This document shows positions 1 to 9,347 of a stretch of 64,000 nt of DNA, piece by piece (the stretch's first letter is position 1; every line of letters begins with the position of its first letter). The position numbers were made by a program, and so were the translations under genes. This DNA is from Muribaculaceae bacterium (GTDB lineage: Bacteria; Bacteroidota; Bacteroidia; Bacteroidales; Muribaculaceae), in assembly GCA_017935045.1 (NCBI GenBank), contig JAGBIJ010000022.1, positions 1,820 to 65,819 on the forward strand. Reading direction: 5' to 3'. The notes below the pieces were generated by a model. The model saw nothing but the letters and a program-made list of their open reading frames with translations, ran no database searches and had not been told where the DNA came from.

Positions 1-1829
1 TCGGGCTTCTGCGCGTCTACAGGTTTGGCGTTCAGGTCCCACTGCTCCGATCGGTCGTGTCGCTTCAGACTTATCATGGCCGGGTAGTAGTACACTTCGT
101 CGGGCTGCAGACCTTTGTCGTAGTCACCCGGAGTGAACTCCATCCGGTCGCCCCGGTGAGCCACGAAGCGCACGTAGTAGTCCGCCGGCGCCAGATAGGG
201 GAAGCTGACAGCGCCGTTCGTGACCCAGGCGCGGGCCACAGGACTGTCGGAGGAGTTCAGCACCTCGACATAGCCCTGTATCGTGTCCGGAATCAGCCGC
301 AGATTGAGCAGTGCGTAGTCCTCGCGCTTCTTAGTGGTGAAGTCTTGAGTCAGAGTCTTGTTGTAGCGTCCTGTAAGCCCCTGCAGAGCCAGCGAATCGA
401 TAGTAAGGCGGTAACCGGCGCCATACTTCCATTCTCCGAGCGAGAGGCTGTAGCGGCGCAGATTGCCAGTCGTGTCACTCTTTATTTCCGGAAGAGCCAT
501 CTCCTCCCATACAGTGTCGGTACGTACCTCCAGATGCACTCCGAGCGTATCGAGTCTCAGAAGCGGCTCTTCCGTCTCGAATACTATGGGGGAGAGTACG
601 TCCAGGCGGCTTGACCCTTCGGCCCTGACGGGAAGCCAGCGCAGCTTTTCGGCTTCTATGGAATCCTGCTCAATCTGTTTGCGGGTGCGTTTCTTCGGTT
701 TGGCCGCCGCACGCTGGCGGGGGAGCGTCATAAGCACAGTGTCAGTGCCGGCTACCAGCTCGCGCTCCTTGTTGTGGCGGTCGAACGTCACGGCCACGCG
801 CAGCGAGTCGGCCGCTATCAGACGGCGGTCGGTAAGCCAATAGGTCACGGTGTCGTTATGCGCTGTATGCTCTGCCACGTACCATTGCCCCTGCGGTATA
901 TAGTCCGGCAGCGAAAGAAAGGGTATGGATGCCGACGGGGCATTGAGTATGAAGCGCAGACGCAGCGAATCGGGCCGCTCATATTTAGCCAGATATTGCG
1001 GCTTATAGCCGATATCGAAGACCGAGAGCAGCAGATTGTCCGGCTTGTAGACGGTGCGCCGCCGGTTGACAACGCTGTCCACCGCCCCTGTCAAGGGATT
1101 GTAGATGCTGTCTGCCGTCTCTCCCTGCTCGGCATAAGGAGTAACCGGCACGGGGTAGAAGGCTATCAGCTCCGCCGGATTGTCCCAGCGGTAGTCGTTG
1201 TTGAGATCGCCGAGGGCAAACAGGTTGTAGGGGACGGCCTTCAGACCGCGGATGACGAAGCGGCCCCGGTCGTCGGTCTTGGTCGCGCGGTCGAAGCGCA
1301 GGGTGCGGAACGCCGTGTCCGGCGCGTCGGCGCGGTGTACGCCGACGAGCATGCCCTGCTGCGGCTCCAGAGTGGCTGCGTCCAGCACCACCCCTGCGAT
1401 GCGCAGCGAGTCAAGGGTCTGGCCCGTGGCGAACGTGAAGCTGTAGCTGCCCAGCGGATTGCCCTCGTTGACATCAGTGATAGACTTGCCGAAGTCCACG
1501 GTGTAAGTCGTGCCCGAACGCAGAGTGTCCTCCCACTGTACATATATCTTGCGCCCTGAAGCGGTAACGCGCGGAGAGGAAGCGTCGGGAGGCGAGACTA
1601 CGACATTGGTAAAAGCGTCCTTGACGTTTACCAGCTCGTCGAACTCTATTTCCACTCGGTTGCCCTTCACTCCGGTGGCATAGGGCATGGGATTGCTCCT
1701 GACGAAACGCGGCGGATCCTCGTCGCGCGCGCCACCCGAGGGATTGCCCATGCTTGCGCACGAGTGGAGCAGCCCGGCCAGGCAGGCGGCTCCCGCGATA
1801 TATGGCAGCAGATATAGACCTTTCTTCAT
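1..1829 (-). CDS. Ig-like (Big_5-type) domain lipoprotein, conserved in Bacteroidetes; runs off the left edge of the window
   Basis: Not in the ORF track because its stop lies outside the window. Manual translation from ATG at 1829 gives MKKGLYLLPYIAGAACLAGLLHSCASMGNPSGGARDEDPPRFVRSNP, a lipobox Cys followed by the characteristic CA..G.P.GG..D..PP motif. Confidence 0.8.
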   Translation of the reverse strand, partial: MKKGLYLLPYIAGAACLAGLLHSCASMGNPSGGARDEDPPRFVRSNPMPYATGVKGNRVEIEFDELVNVKDAFTNVVVSPPDASSPRVTASGRKIYVQWEDTLRSGTTYTVDFGKSITDVNEGNPLGSYSFTFATGQTLDSLRIAGVVLDAATLEPQQGMLVGVHRADAPDTAFRTLRFDRATKTDDRGRFVIRGLKAVPYNLFALGDLNNDYRWDNPAELIAFYPVPVTPYAEQGETADSIYNPLTGAVDSVVNRRRTVYKPDNLLLSVFDIGYKPQYLAKYERPDSLRLRFILNAPSASIPFLSLPDYIPQGQWYVAEHTAHNDTVTYWLTDRRLIAADSLRVAVTFDRHNKERELVAGTDTVLMTLPRQRAAAKPKKRTRKQIEQDSIEAEKLRWLPVRAEGSSRLDVLSPIVFETEEPLLRLDTLGVHLEVRTDTVWEEMALPEIKSDTTGNLRRYSLSLGEWKYGAGYRLTIDSLALQGLTGRYNKTLTQDFTTKKREDYALLNLRLIPDTIQGYVEVLNSSDSPVARAWVTNGAVSFPYLAPADYYVRFVAHRGDRMEFTPGDYDKGLQPDEVYYYPAMISLKRHDRSEQWDLNAKPVDAQKP

Positions 1830-2131
1830 GTCGTGATACAGTTTCGGACTTCAAAAGTAATGATATTTTTATAAACGCGCATAATCTTCGTTTGTTTTTT
1901 TCAGCCGTACTCTCCGGCCGACGGAATCGGACTCTTATTTATATACGTGAAAGTCTCCATGAAATGTTAAAAACATGAATAAAATTAACATTTCAGATGT
2001 TAAAGTGCTAAAAAAACAGATTCTGACGCATTTTTTTAGGCTAAAAATTTGTGGGTACAAAAAAAGCCCCTAACTTTGCATCGTTTTTGATAGCAAAATT
2101 TATTGTTTTATTTTTAAATCTTAAAGAAAAA

Positions 2132-2353
2132 ATGAAGAAGATTGTTCTTTCTCTCGCTGTTCTGGCTTCTGTAGCCCTCGTATCTTGCTCCAAGTCTGCT
2201 GCTACTACTGACAGCGCTGCTGATACTGCTGCTGCTCCCGCTGTTGAGGCTCCCGCCGTTGACACTAACGCTGCTGCTGCCGACACTAACAAAGCTGCTG
2301 AGGCTGCTCCCGCTGTTGAGGCTCCCGCCGCTGACACTAACAAGGCTGCCTAA
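2132..2353 (+). CDS. Small Ala/Pro/Asp-rich lipoprotein (73 aa)
   Basis: MKKIVLSLAVLASVALVSC signal/lipobox; TAACTTTG promoter at 2071; terminator downstream; internal repeat AAPAVEAPAxDTN. Confidence 0.8.
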   Translation: MKKIVLSLAVLASVALVSCSKSAATTDSAADTAAAPAVEAPAVDTNAAAADTNKAAEAAPAVEAPAADTNKAA

Positions 2354-2386
2354 GTCACAGAACAGACGAGATCAACTTAAAATCTC

Positions 2387-2431
2387 AAGCCGATGCTATT
2401 CCCTGCGGAATCAGCGTCGGTTTTCTTTTTT
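2387..2431 (+). terminator. Intrinsic terminator
   Basis: GCCGATGCT...AGCGTCGGT stem followed by a T-tract, right after the lipoprotein stop. Confidence 0.7.
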
Positions 2432-2446
2432 AAATTATACCGCGAT

Positions 2447-2800
2447 ATGGAAATCAAGGATATACCCGAAGTAAGCTGGGCCGAGAGACTGAATTGCGCC
2501 GTTACCGTATGCGACAAAGAGGGTACGGTCTTATATATGAACGAGCGTGCGCGCCAGACCTTCGCCAGCTACGGCGACATGCGCGGCCGCAGTCTGCTGC
2601 CTTGCCATAGCGACCGTTCGCGCTCCATCATAGCCTCTATGCTTGCCGAGGGTCACAGCAACGCCTACACCATAGAGAAGGGCGGCCTGCGCAAGATGAT
2701 ATACCAGAGCCCCTGGCGCGACGAGAGCGGCGAGATAGCCGGCCTTGTGGAAATCTCCATGGTCATTCCCGTCGACATGCCCCATTATAAGCGCGACTGA
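2447..2800 (+). CDS. Stand-alone PAS-domain protein
   Basis: AVTVCDKEGTVLYMN...GRSLLPCH PAS signature; ATG at 2447. Confidence 0.75.
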   Translation: MEIKDIPEVSWAERLNCAVTVCDKEGTVLYMNERARQTFASYGDMRGRSLLPCHSDRSRSIIASMLAEGHSNAYTIEKGGLRKMIYQSPWRDESGEIAGLVEISMVIPVDMPHYKRD

Positions 2801-2819
2801 CGCCCGGCTTTCAACCGGC

Positions 2820-2862
2820 AAAAAATGAAGGTGTGTGCCAGAAGCTCTGACACACACCTTCG
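2820..2862 (-). terminator. Intrinsic terminator of pckA, probably bidirectional
   Basis: GAAGGTGTGTG/CACACACCTTC stem with an A-tract on the + strand, between convergent genes. Confidence 0.7.
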
Positions 2863-2887
2863 TGTATTGAAATTATCGTTTGCCTGA

Positions 2888-4492
2888 TCAGATGTGGGGG
2901 CCGGCGGCTACCAGAGCCTTGCCTGCCTCGTTGTGCTCGAACTTCTTGAAGTTCTTGATGAACAGCTCGGCCAGCTCCTTGGCTTTCTTGTCCCACTCGC
3001 CGGGGTTGGCGTAAGTGTCGCGCGGGTCGAGAATCTTGGGATCCACGCCGGGCAGCTCAGTGGGAACAGTGAAGTCGAAGTAGGGGATAGTCTTGGTCGG
3101 AGCCTTGAGAATCGAGCCGTCGAGGATGGCATCGATGATGCCGCGGGTGTCGCGGATAGAGATACGCTTGCCAGTGCCGTTCCAGCCGGTGTTGACCAGA
3201 TAAGCCTTGGCTCCGCTCTTCTCCATCTTCTTTACCAGCTCCTCGGCATACTTGGTGGGGTGCAGGCTCAGGAAGGCTGCGCCGAAGCAAGCGGAGAATG
3301 TCGGGGTAGGCTCGGTGATGCCGCGCTCTGTGCCGGCCAGCTTGGCGGTAAAGCCGGAGAGGAAGTAATACTTGGCCTGCTCGGGAGTCAGGATGCTGAC
3401 GGGGGGCAGCACGCCGAAAGCGTCGGCGCTCAGGAAAATTACCTGCTGTGCGGCCGGGCCCTTGCTCACGGGCTTCACGATATTCTCGATATGGTAGATG
3501 GGGTAGGACACGCGGGTATTCTCGGTCACGCTCTTGTCGGCGAAATCGATTTTGCCGTTGGCGTCTACAGTGACGTTCTCCAGCAGGGCGTCGCGGCGGA
3601 TGGCATTGTAGATGTCAGGCTCGCTCTCTTTGTCCAGATTGATAACCTTGGCGTAGCAGCCGCCCTCGTAGTTGAAGACGCCCTCGTCATCCCAGCCGTG
3701 CTCGTCGTCGCCGATGAGTTTGCGCTTCGGGTCGGTAGACAGAGTGGTCTTGCCGGTGCCGGAGAGGCCGAAGAAGATGGCTGTGGAAGTCTCGTCCATG
3801 TTGGTGTTGGCCGAGCAGTGCATCGAGGCGATGCCGCGCAGGGGGTTGAAGTAGTTCATCATCGAGAACATGCCCTTCTTCATCTCGCCGCCGTACCAGG
3901 TGTTGATGATCACCTGCTCCTTCTCGGTCAGGTTGAAGGCAACTACAGTCTCGGAGTGCAGGCCGAGCTCCTTGTAGTTCTCCATCTTGGCCTTGGAGGC
4001 GTTGAACACTACGAAGTCAGGCTCGAAGTCCTTCAGCTCCTCCTTGGTGGGACGGATGAACATGTTGGTCACGAAGTGAGCCTGCCATGCCACCTCCATG
4101 ATGAAGCGTACCTTCAGGCGGGTGGCGGGGTTGGCGCCGCAGTAGCAGTCTACCACGTAGAGTACCTTGTCAGAGAGTTCCTTGACAGCTTTCTCCTTGA
4201 GCTGATCCCATACTTCGGGAGTGATAGGCTTGTTGTCGTTCTTATATTCCTCGGAAGTCCACCATACGGTGTTCTCGCTTGTAGCGTCTTTTACCAGATA
4301 CTTATCTTTGGGCGAACGTCCGGTGTATTCGCCTGTCATTACGTTCACAGCGCCCAGCTCGGTTACCTGGCCCTTGTCGAAGCCTGTCAGAGAGGGGTCT
4401 GTCTCATACTTGTAGAGGTCGTCGTAGGAGGGATTGTGGATAATCTCCTTCACATCCTTGATGCCATACTGGCTAAGGTTCAATTCTGCCAT
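2888..4492 (-). CDS. pckA: Phosphoenolpyruvate carboxykinase (ATP)
   Basis: [26 protein letters not shown]-loop, LIGDDEHGW and EGGCYAK motifs. Confidence 0.98.
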   Translation of the reverse strand: MAELNLSQYGIKDVKEIIHNPSYDDLYKYETDPSLTGFDKGQVTELGAVNVMTGEYTGRSPKDKYLVKDATSENTVWWTSEEYKNDNKPITPEVWDQLKEKAVKELSDKVLYVVDCYCGANPATRLKVRFIMEVAWQAHFVTNMFIRPTKEELKDFEPDFVVFNASKAKMENYKELGLHSETVVAFNLTEKEQVIINTWYGGEMKKGMFSMMNYFNPLRGIASMHCSANTNMDETSTAIFFGLSGTGKTTLSTDPKRKLIGDDEHGWDDEGVFNYEGGCYAKVINLDKESEPDIYNAIRRDALLENVTVDANGKIDFADKSVTENTRVSYPIYHIENIVKPVSKGPAAQQVIFLSADAFGVLPPVSILTPEQAKYYFLSGFTAKLAGTERGITEPTPTFSACFGAAFLSLHPTKYAEELVKKMEKSGAKAYLVNTGWNGTGKRISIRDTRGIIDAILDGSILKAPTKTIPYFDFTVPTELPGVDPKILDPRDTYANPGEWDKKAKELAELFIKNFKKFEHNEAGKALVAAGPHI

Positions 4493-4857
4493 AATAATAA
4501 TGGATTATAATTGTTGGAATAAAATTTTCTTAACTACATTCATAAACAATCCAGCGGCTTTATTGTTTTCATTTATGGTGCGAAAAGATGTTAAAACGCA
4601 AACCGTTGAAATGTAGATAAATAACTCGTATATTTTAATCGCGTCAAACCGCGTACTCTATCTGAGTGCAAAATTACAAAAAAGTTTCGATATACGCTCT
4701 CTGATTACGGAAAAATTTCAGTAATTATTTTTTCAATCATTCTCGCGGAAATATTTGTGGCAGACGGATTTTTTCAGTAAATTTGCACGGTAAAGCGGCT
4801 CTGACAGATCAGGTGTCGTTTTAGGAATATTTAAATAACATAAAAACAGAATATTAT

Positions 4858-5571
4858 ATGAAAAAACTTTTACTTTCCGCCGTTTGTGCCGCTGCCTGTG
4901 TACTGGGTGCATCGGCTCAGGATTTCGTATTCTACGGTTCCACTGACCACGGCAAAACCTTCTTCGAAGTCAAGAATGGCGACGAGATTACCGTAAAGCC
5001 CGTAATCGAGCATATCGACTACCCAAGCTTAGGCATGAGTCTGGATAAAATTGACGCGGATCTGATTATCAAGATTCAGAACAATACTTCTGAAGAATGG
5101 ACTGAGGCCAATGGCCTCGGTGTCCTCTCTTACAAAGAGGTATATAACAACAACAGTGTGCCTTCAGGTGTAGATACTCCTCAATTCTCCATGTGCTTCG
5201 GCAGCTGCGCTCCCGGTACATCATGGAATGTCACTGTCCCCGCCAAAGACGAGAAGGACGGCACACCAGGCGTGGCCGGCGGCACAGCAGGCGATCACAT
5301 GGGCTTCTCCGTACAGTGCTTCGGTGAGGGTCTTGCAGAGCAGGTAAAGTTCGACAGCAAATATGCTATCAACTTCAAGGGAGGCAAGGACTCCATAGAT
5401 TTCACAATCGTTTACACATCTGATGATGCTTCTGTATCCGGCCTTGAGGCTGACAGCAACGCTCCTAAAGAGTACTACACTCTGCAGGGTGTACGCGTAG
5501 CCGAGCCTGTGAAGGGCAGCATCTGCATCGTAAAGCAGGGCGGCAAGGTGTCAAAGCAGGTAATCCGCTGA
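4858..5571 (+). CDS. Secreted protein with a Bacteroidales T9SS-like C-terminal sorting domain
   Basis: Sec signal peptide ending ASA-Q; C-terminus SVSGLEADSNAPKEYYTLQGVRV...GSICIVKQGGKVSKQVIR. Confidence 0.7.
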   Translation: MKKLLLSAVCAAACVLGASAQDFVFYGSTDHGKTFFEVKNGDEITVKPVIEHIDYPSLGMSLDKIDADLIIKIQNNTSEEWTEANGLGVLSYKEVYNNNSVPSGVDTPQFSMCFGSCAPGTSWNVTVPAKDEKDGTPGVAGGTAGDHMGFSVQCFGEGLAEQVKFDSKYAINFKGGKDSIDFTIVYTSDDASVSGLEADSNAPKEYYTLQGVRVAEPVKGSICIVKQGGKVSKQVIR

Positions 5572-5581
5572 TACCTATAGC

Positions 5582-5647
5582 CCGGCAGCTATATAAAGAG
5601 CGCCTCCCGGCCCAAGGCCGCGGAGGCGCTCTTTATATAGCTGCCGG
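5582..5647. repeat. Perfect 26-bp inverted repeat (hairpin/terminator)
   Basis: CCGGCAGCTATATAAAGAGCGCCTCC at 5582-5607 and its exact reverse complement at 5622-5647. Confidence 0.85.
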
Positions 5648-5651
5648 AAGG

Positions 5652-5705
5652 TTAGTCCAATAGGTCAAATTAGACTAATTAGACCAATTAGGCTAATCAG
5701 ACTAA
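5652..5705. repeat. Degenerate 9-bp tandem repeat (consensus TTAGACTAA), 6 units
   Basis: ttagtccaa taggtcaaa ttagactaa ttagaccaa ttaggctaa tcagactaa. Confidence 0.8.
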
Positions 5706-5719
5706 GCTTTCCCTCCTTT

Positions 5720-5791
5720 AAAAAAAGCAAGGCTCTTTTCACAAAGAGCCTTGCCGAAACCTTAATCTTAATTTAATACTATGAAAAACAC
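5720..5791 (-). ncRNA. Candidate ~70-nt small RNA
   Basis: TAATTTTG promoter element on the - strand (5796-5803), then GUGUUUUUCAUAGUAUUAAAUUAAGAUUAAGG, then a perfect 12-bp terminator stem with GUGA loop and U-tract; no ORF. Confidence 0.65.
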
Positions 5792-5914
5792 ATTGCAAAA
5801 TTAGCCAAAAAATTTCATACCTCGTCATCTCTTGCGCATTAGAAAGGGTTAGTATTATATATTTTAAATATTTTTAACAATTAATCTTGCCGCTTTTTTG
5901 TAATTTTGACCCTC

Positions 5915-7198
5915 GTGGAGAAGATAATGCAATATCTGTGGCAGTGGCGGCTCTATGGTTCGCCCGACAAGCGCCTGACCGACGGGCGCGCTCTGCGCAT
6001 TATAGACCCAGGACGGCTCAATACCGATTCCGGCCCGGATTTCTTCAACGCCAAGCTGGAAATAGACGGCACTCTGTGGGCTGGCAATGTAGAGCTGCAT
6101 CTTAAGGCATCGGACTGGCACCGCCACGGACACCGGCGTGACCGTGCCTACGATAGTGTGATTCTCCATGTGGTCGGTGTAAACGACTCTGCTATAACCC
6201 GTACGGACGGCAGCGCCATTCCTCAGCTTCATCTGCCTTTCGACGCCGAGATAGCTTCGCGCTACCGTATGCTCAGCGAGAGCTCCCGCCCCCTGCGTTG
6301 CCAGGAGTGGTTGCCGGAGCTGTCCCGCCTGCATCTGGCGGACTGGATAGACTCAGCCGCGATGGAGCGGCTTACGGCCAAGGCGCGCCGCGTAGAGGAG
6401 ACGTTGCGCTACACCAACGGCGACTGGAGTCAGACTACGTTTATTACCATAGCGCGGGCTTTAGGCTTCGGACTAAATGGAGAGCCTTTTGAGCAACTGG
6501 CGCGATGCGTGCCTGTCAGCGTGGCCGCGCGTCATTCCGACAGCCTCTTTCAGCTTGAGGCCCTCTTGCTGGGACAGGCGGGATTGCTGGGCGACATCGA
6601 CCGTTCCGATACATACGCGCTTTCGCTTGCCGACGAATATTCCTTTCTTGCCCACAAATATTCACTTACGCCCTTGCCGGCGCATATATGGAAGATGAGT
6701 CGCACGCGCCCCGGCAATTCCCCCTGCCGGCGCATAGCCCTGCTGGCGCGGCTGACCGCCGACATGGGCAGCCTGATGAGCCGCATGCTTGATTGCAAGG
6801 GCGATGTGGACAGTCTCGCCGACCTGTTCGTGTGCCGCTTCGACGGTTATTGGTCGCAGCATTACAGTCTCTCGGTGGCTGCGGCGCGCCCGGCGCCCAA
6901 CGCGCTTAGCGCCGACATGGCGCGTACGCTGATTCTCAACACGGCTCCTCCGCTGTACTATGCCTATGGAGCCTTGCGAGGTATTCCCGAGATGCAGGAG
7001 ATGGCTCAGGACCTGCTTATGGCGTTGCCCCCGGAGCGCAATACAGTGACGCGCTTTTGGGAACAGACAGCCGGTATATGTGCCGCAAACGCACTGGAGA
7101 GCCAGGGACTGCTTCAGATACGCCGCAACTATTGCGAGGCACGCGAGTGCCTGCGTTGCCGTTTCGGCCACCGCGCTATCCGCCAGTCAGTCAAGTAG
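5915..7198 (+). CDS. DUF2851 family protein
   Basis: EKIMQYLW...PGRLNTDSGPDFFNA...WAGNVELH...HGH...YDSVILHVV and C-terminal C..C.FG; GTG start at 5915 chosen (alternative ATG 5927). Confidence 0.9.
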   Translation: MEKIMQYLWQWRLYGSPDKRLTDGRALRIIDPGRLNTDSGPDFFNAKLEIDGTLWAGNVELHLKASDWHRHGHRRDRAYDSVILHVVGVNDSAITRTDGSAIPQLHLPFDAEIASRYRMLSESSRPLRCQEWLPELSRLHLADWIDSAAMERLTAKARRVEETLRYTNGDWSQTTFITIARALGFGLNGEPFEQLARCVPVSVAARHSDSLFQLEALLLGQAGLLGDIDRSDTYALSLADEYSFLAHKYSLTPLPAHIWKMSRTRPGNSPCRRIALLARLTADMGSLMSRMLDCKGDVDSLADLFVCRFDGYWSQHYSLSVAAARPAPNALSADMARTLILNTAPPLYYAYGALRGIPEMQEMAQDLLMALPPERNTVTRFWEQTAGICAANALESQGLLQIRRNYCEARECLRCRFGHRAIRQSVK

Positions 7199-7203
7199 CC
7201 CGG

Positions 7204-7566
7204 TCACTCGGCGGGGAGACGGAACTTGACGGGCAGCGAGACGCTCTGGCTGACCGGGGCGCCGTTGTCATCGGTGGCCGGCACCCATGCCGGCATGGCG
7301 CGCACCACGCGGACAGCCTCGCTTTCCAGATCAGGGTCAAGCGGACGCTCGACGCTGATTTTGCCTATGCGCCCGTCAGGGCCGACGGTAAACGTAAGCT
7401 GAACCACTCCCTCTATGCCATTGTTTTGCGCACGCGCCGGATACTGGATGTTCTTGCTCAGGAAATCCTGCATCTGTTCTTCTCCGCCGGGAAATGAAGG
7501 GGGAGTGGCGGCTCCCGCGCCGAGAGCCGTGCCAAGGGCGACGGCTGCTAAAAATCGATGTCTCAT
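7204..7566 (-). CDS. TonB C-terminal domain protein (secreted)
   Basis: PSFPGG...YPARAQNNGIEGVVQLTFTV...EAVRVV..MP.W.PA. Confidence 0.85.
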   Translation of the reverse strand: MRHRFLAAVALGTALGAGAATPPSFPGGEEQMQDFLSKNIQYPARAQNNGIEGVVQLTFTVGPDGRIGKISVERPLDPDLESEAVRVVRAMPAWVPATDDNGAPVSQSVSLPVKFRLPAE

Positions 7567-7571
7567 AGTCT

Positions 7572-8075
7572 TTATGTATTATCTTTTTGTCGGATATTTT
7601 CCAGCAACCCGGCGCAGGCGTCTTCAAGCAGGTCCAGCACCAGTTCAAATCCACTCGCACCCTCGTAGTAGGGGTCAGGCACAGCGTAATAATATGGATG
7701 CAGCCGGCAGTAATCTATCATTCTGACTACTTTCCGCTCGTCCTCTACCGTCGGGGCCAAGTGCCTGAGAGTGTCGTAATTGGAGTCATCCATGGCGACA
7801 ATCAGATCGAAATCGGCGAAATCGCCCTCACGGATGGGGCGCGACCGGTGGGTAAGGTCGTAGCCGCGGCGAGAGGCGTGTACACGCATGCGCTTGTCGG
7901 GAAGGTCGCCGGCGTGACCGCCATAGGTTCCGGCCGAATCCAGCATAAAGCGGTCAGTCAGTCCGGCTTCGTCCACGAGCGACTGCATGATACCCTGGGC
8001 CGCCGGCGAGCGGCAGATATTGCCCAGGCACACGAAAAGTATCCTTACAGGTTTATTGTTGCTGACTGTTTTCAT
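7572..8075 (-). CDS. Low-molecular-weight protein-tyrosine phosphatase
   Basis: FVCLGNICRSP active-site loop, DSAGT and VPDPYY. Confidence 0.95.
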   Translation of the reverse strand: MKTVSNNKPVRILFVCLGNICRSPAAQGIMQSLVDEAGLTDRFMLDSAGTYGGHAGDLPDKRMRVHASRRGYDLTHRSRPIREGDFADFDLIVAMDDSNYDTLRHLAPTVEDERKVVRMIDYCRLHPYYYAVPDPYYEGASGFELVLDLLEDACAGLLENIRQKDNT

Positions 8076-9288
8076 TCTGAGGGGCGGGTTTGCGTTTTTT
8101 TCGTTTGGGGCGGCTTGCGGGCTGCGTCTGCGGACGTAATATCTCCAAGGGGATATTCAGACCGAGCGAACCGCATATCAGAGTGGCGGCGTAGTCGGTG
8201 GCTATAGCCGAGCCAAGGCGCCAGCGCATTTTGCGGTATCCGGCCAGCTGGGCGTCGCGCTCGGGGCTGCCCTGCAGCAGCGGGCTGAGATGACGCGCTA
8301 TGGAGTCGGCCGTGCAGAGATGTACGAGCAGCTCGGGCACCACGGCATTGCCGACTATGAGGTTGGGTAAGCTGACATATTTTACTTTGAGCAGTTTCTC
8401 CATGATTTTGTATGACAGCTTGCGGCCGTTGGCCCTGTAGCATACTACCTGCGGCGTGCCGAGCAGAGCCGTCTCCAGTGTGGCGGTGCCCGAAGTGACA
8501 AGTGCGGCGCGGGCATGCTTCATCAGCACGTGGGTAGCTCCGAAAACTACGTTGAGTCCCTGTGTCTGAGCCACCTGGCGGTAATATTTCATGGGTATGG
8601 AACTGCTTCCGCCGACTATTATCTGGCACTCGGGGAAGCGCGAGGCGGCCTGCATCATAAGCGGCAGATTGTTCTTGACCTCGCTGCGCCGGCTGCCCGG
8701 TATCAGCGCTATGATGGGGCGGCTGTCGTCAATGCCGTGGCGCTCGAGGAAGTGGCGGACAGGCGGGATGTGGCCAAGCACGTCGTCCATCTCCTTGACC
8801 GAAGGATTCCCCACGTATGTGGCTTTGTAGCCGTGGCGGGCGTAGAACGCTTCCTCAAAGGGAAGGATGGAGTACATGGCCGTGACATATTTCTTTATAC
8901 TTTTCACGCGCCATTCCTTCCAGGCCCATATTTTAGGCGAGATGAAGTAGTGTACCGGTATTCCGAGCTTGCGGGCCGTCTTTGCGAGCTTGAGATTGAA
9001 ACTCGGATAGTCGACCAGAATCAGGGCATCCGGCCGGAATGCTTCCATCAGATGGCGGGCCAGGCGCAGATGGCCGAGCAGGGCGGGCAGATGGCGGAGT
9101 ACCTCGCTGAAGCCCATGACATTCATGCTGTCGCAATGCACTTCCGGCTCCATGCCGGCGGCTGTGGCCATCCTGTCGCCGCCGAAAAACCGGAATATGG
9201 CTTCAGGATCTATCTGTCTTATCGCTGTGATGAGCCGCGAGGCGTGCAGGTCGCCGCTTACCTCGCCGGCGATAATCATATATTTCAT
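8053..9288 (-). CDS. lpxB: Lipid-A-disaccharide synthase
   Basis: IAGEVSGDLH, VDYPSFN, SPKIWAW, PGSRRSE and TSGTATLE motifs. Confidence 0.95.
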   Translation of the reverse strand: MKYMIIAGEVSGDLHASRLITAIRQIDPEAIFRFFGGDRMATAAGMEPEVHCDSMNVMGFSEVLRHLPALLGHLRLARHLMEAFRPDALILVDYPSFNLKLAKTARKLGIPVHYFISPKIWAWKEWRVKSIKKYVTAMYSILPFEEAFYARHGYKATYVGNPSVKEMDDVLGHIPPVRHFLERHGIDDSRPIIALIPGSRRSEVKNNLPLMMQAASRFPECQIIVGGSSSIPMKYYRQVAQTQGLNVVFGATHVLMKHARAALVTSGTATLETALLGTPQVVCYRANGRKLSYKIMEKLLKVKYVSLPNLIVGNAVVPELLVHLCTADSIARHLSPLLQGSPERDAQLAGYRKMRWRLGSAIATDYAATLICGSLGLNIPLEILRPQTQPASRPKRKKRKPAPQNENSQQQ

Positions 9289-9347
9289 GTGTGAGCTGTT
9301 CTGTACAGGTATATATAATATTAACCGCGAACGGGCGTTTAAATTGT

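Noticed and set aside
57-1559. + strand ORFs at the window start
   Set aside because: Antisense to the real - strand Ig-like lipoprotein gene, which the track missed because its stop lies outside the window.
2894-4510. Long antisense ORFs (e.g. 2894-4510, 17307-18521, 21169-22449, 36840-38102, 47797-48717)
   Set aside because: Shadow frames opposite well-supported genes, expected in GC-rich DNA with strong codon bias; no recognisable motifs.
5652-5705. Possible CRISPR array
   Set aside because: Units are 9 bp, contiguous and degenerate, with no spacers and no cas genes in the window.
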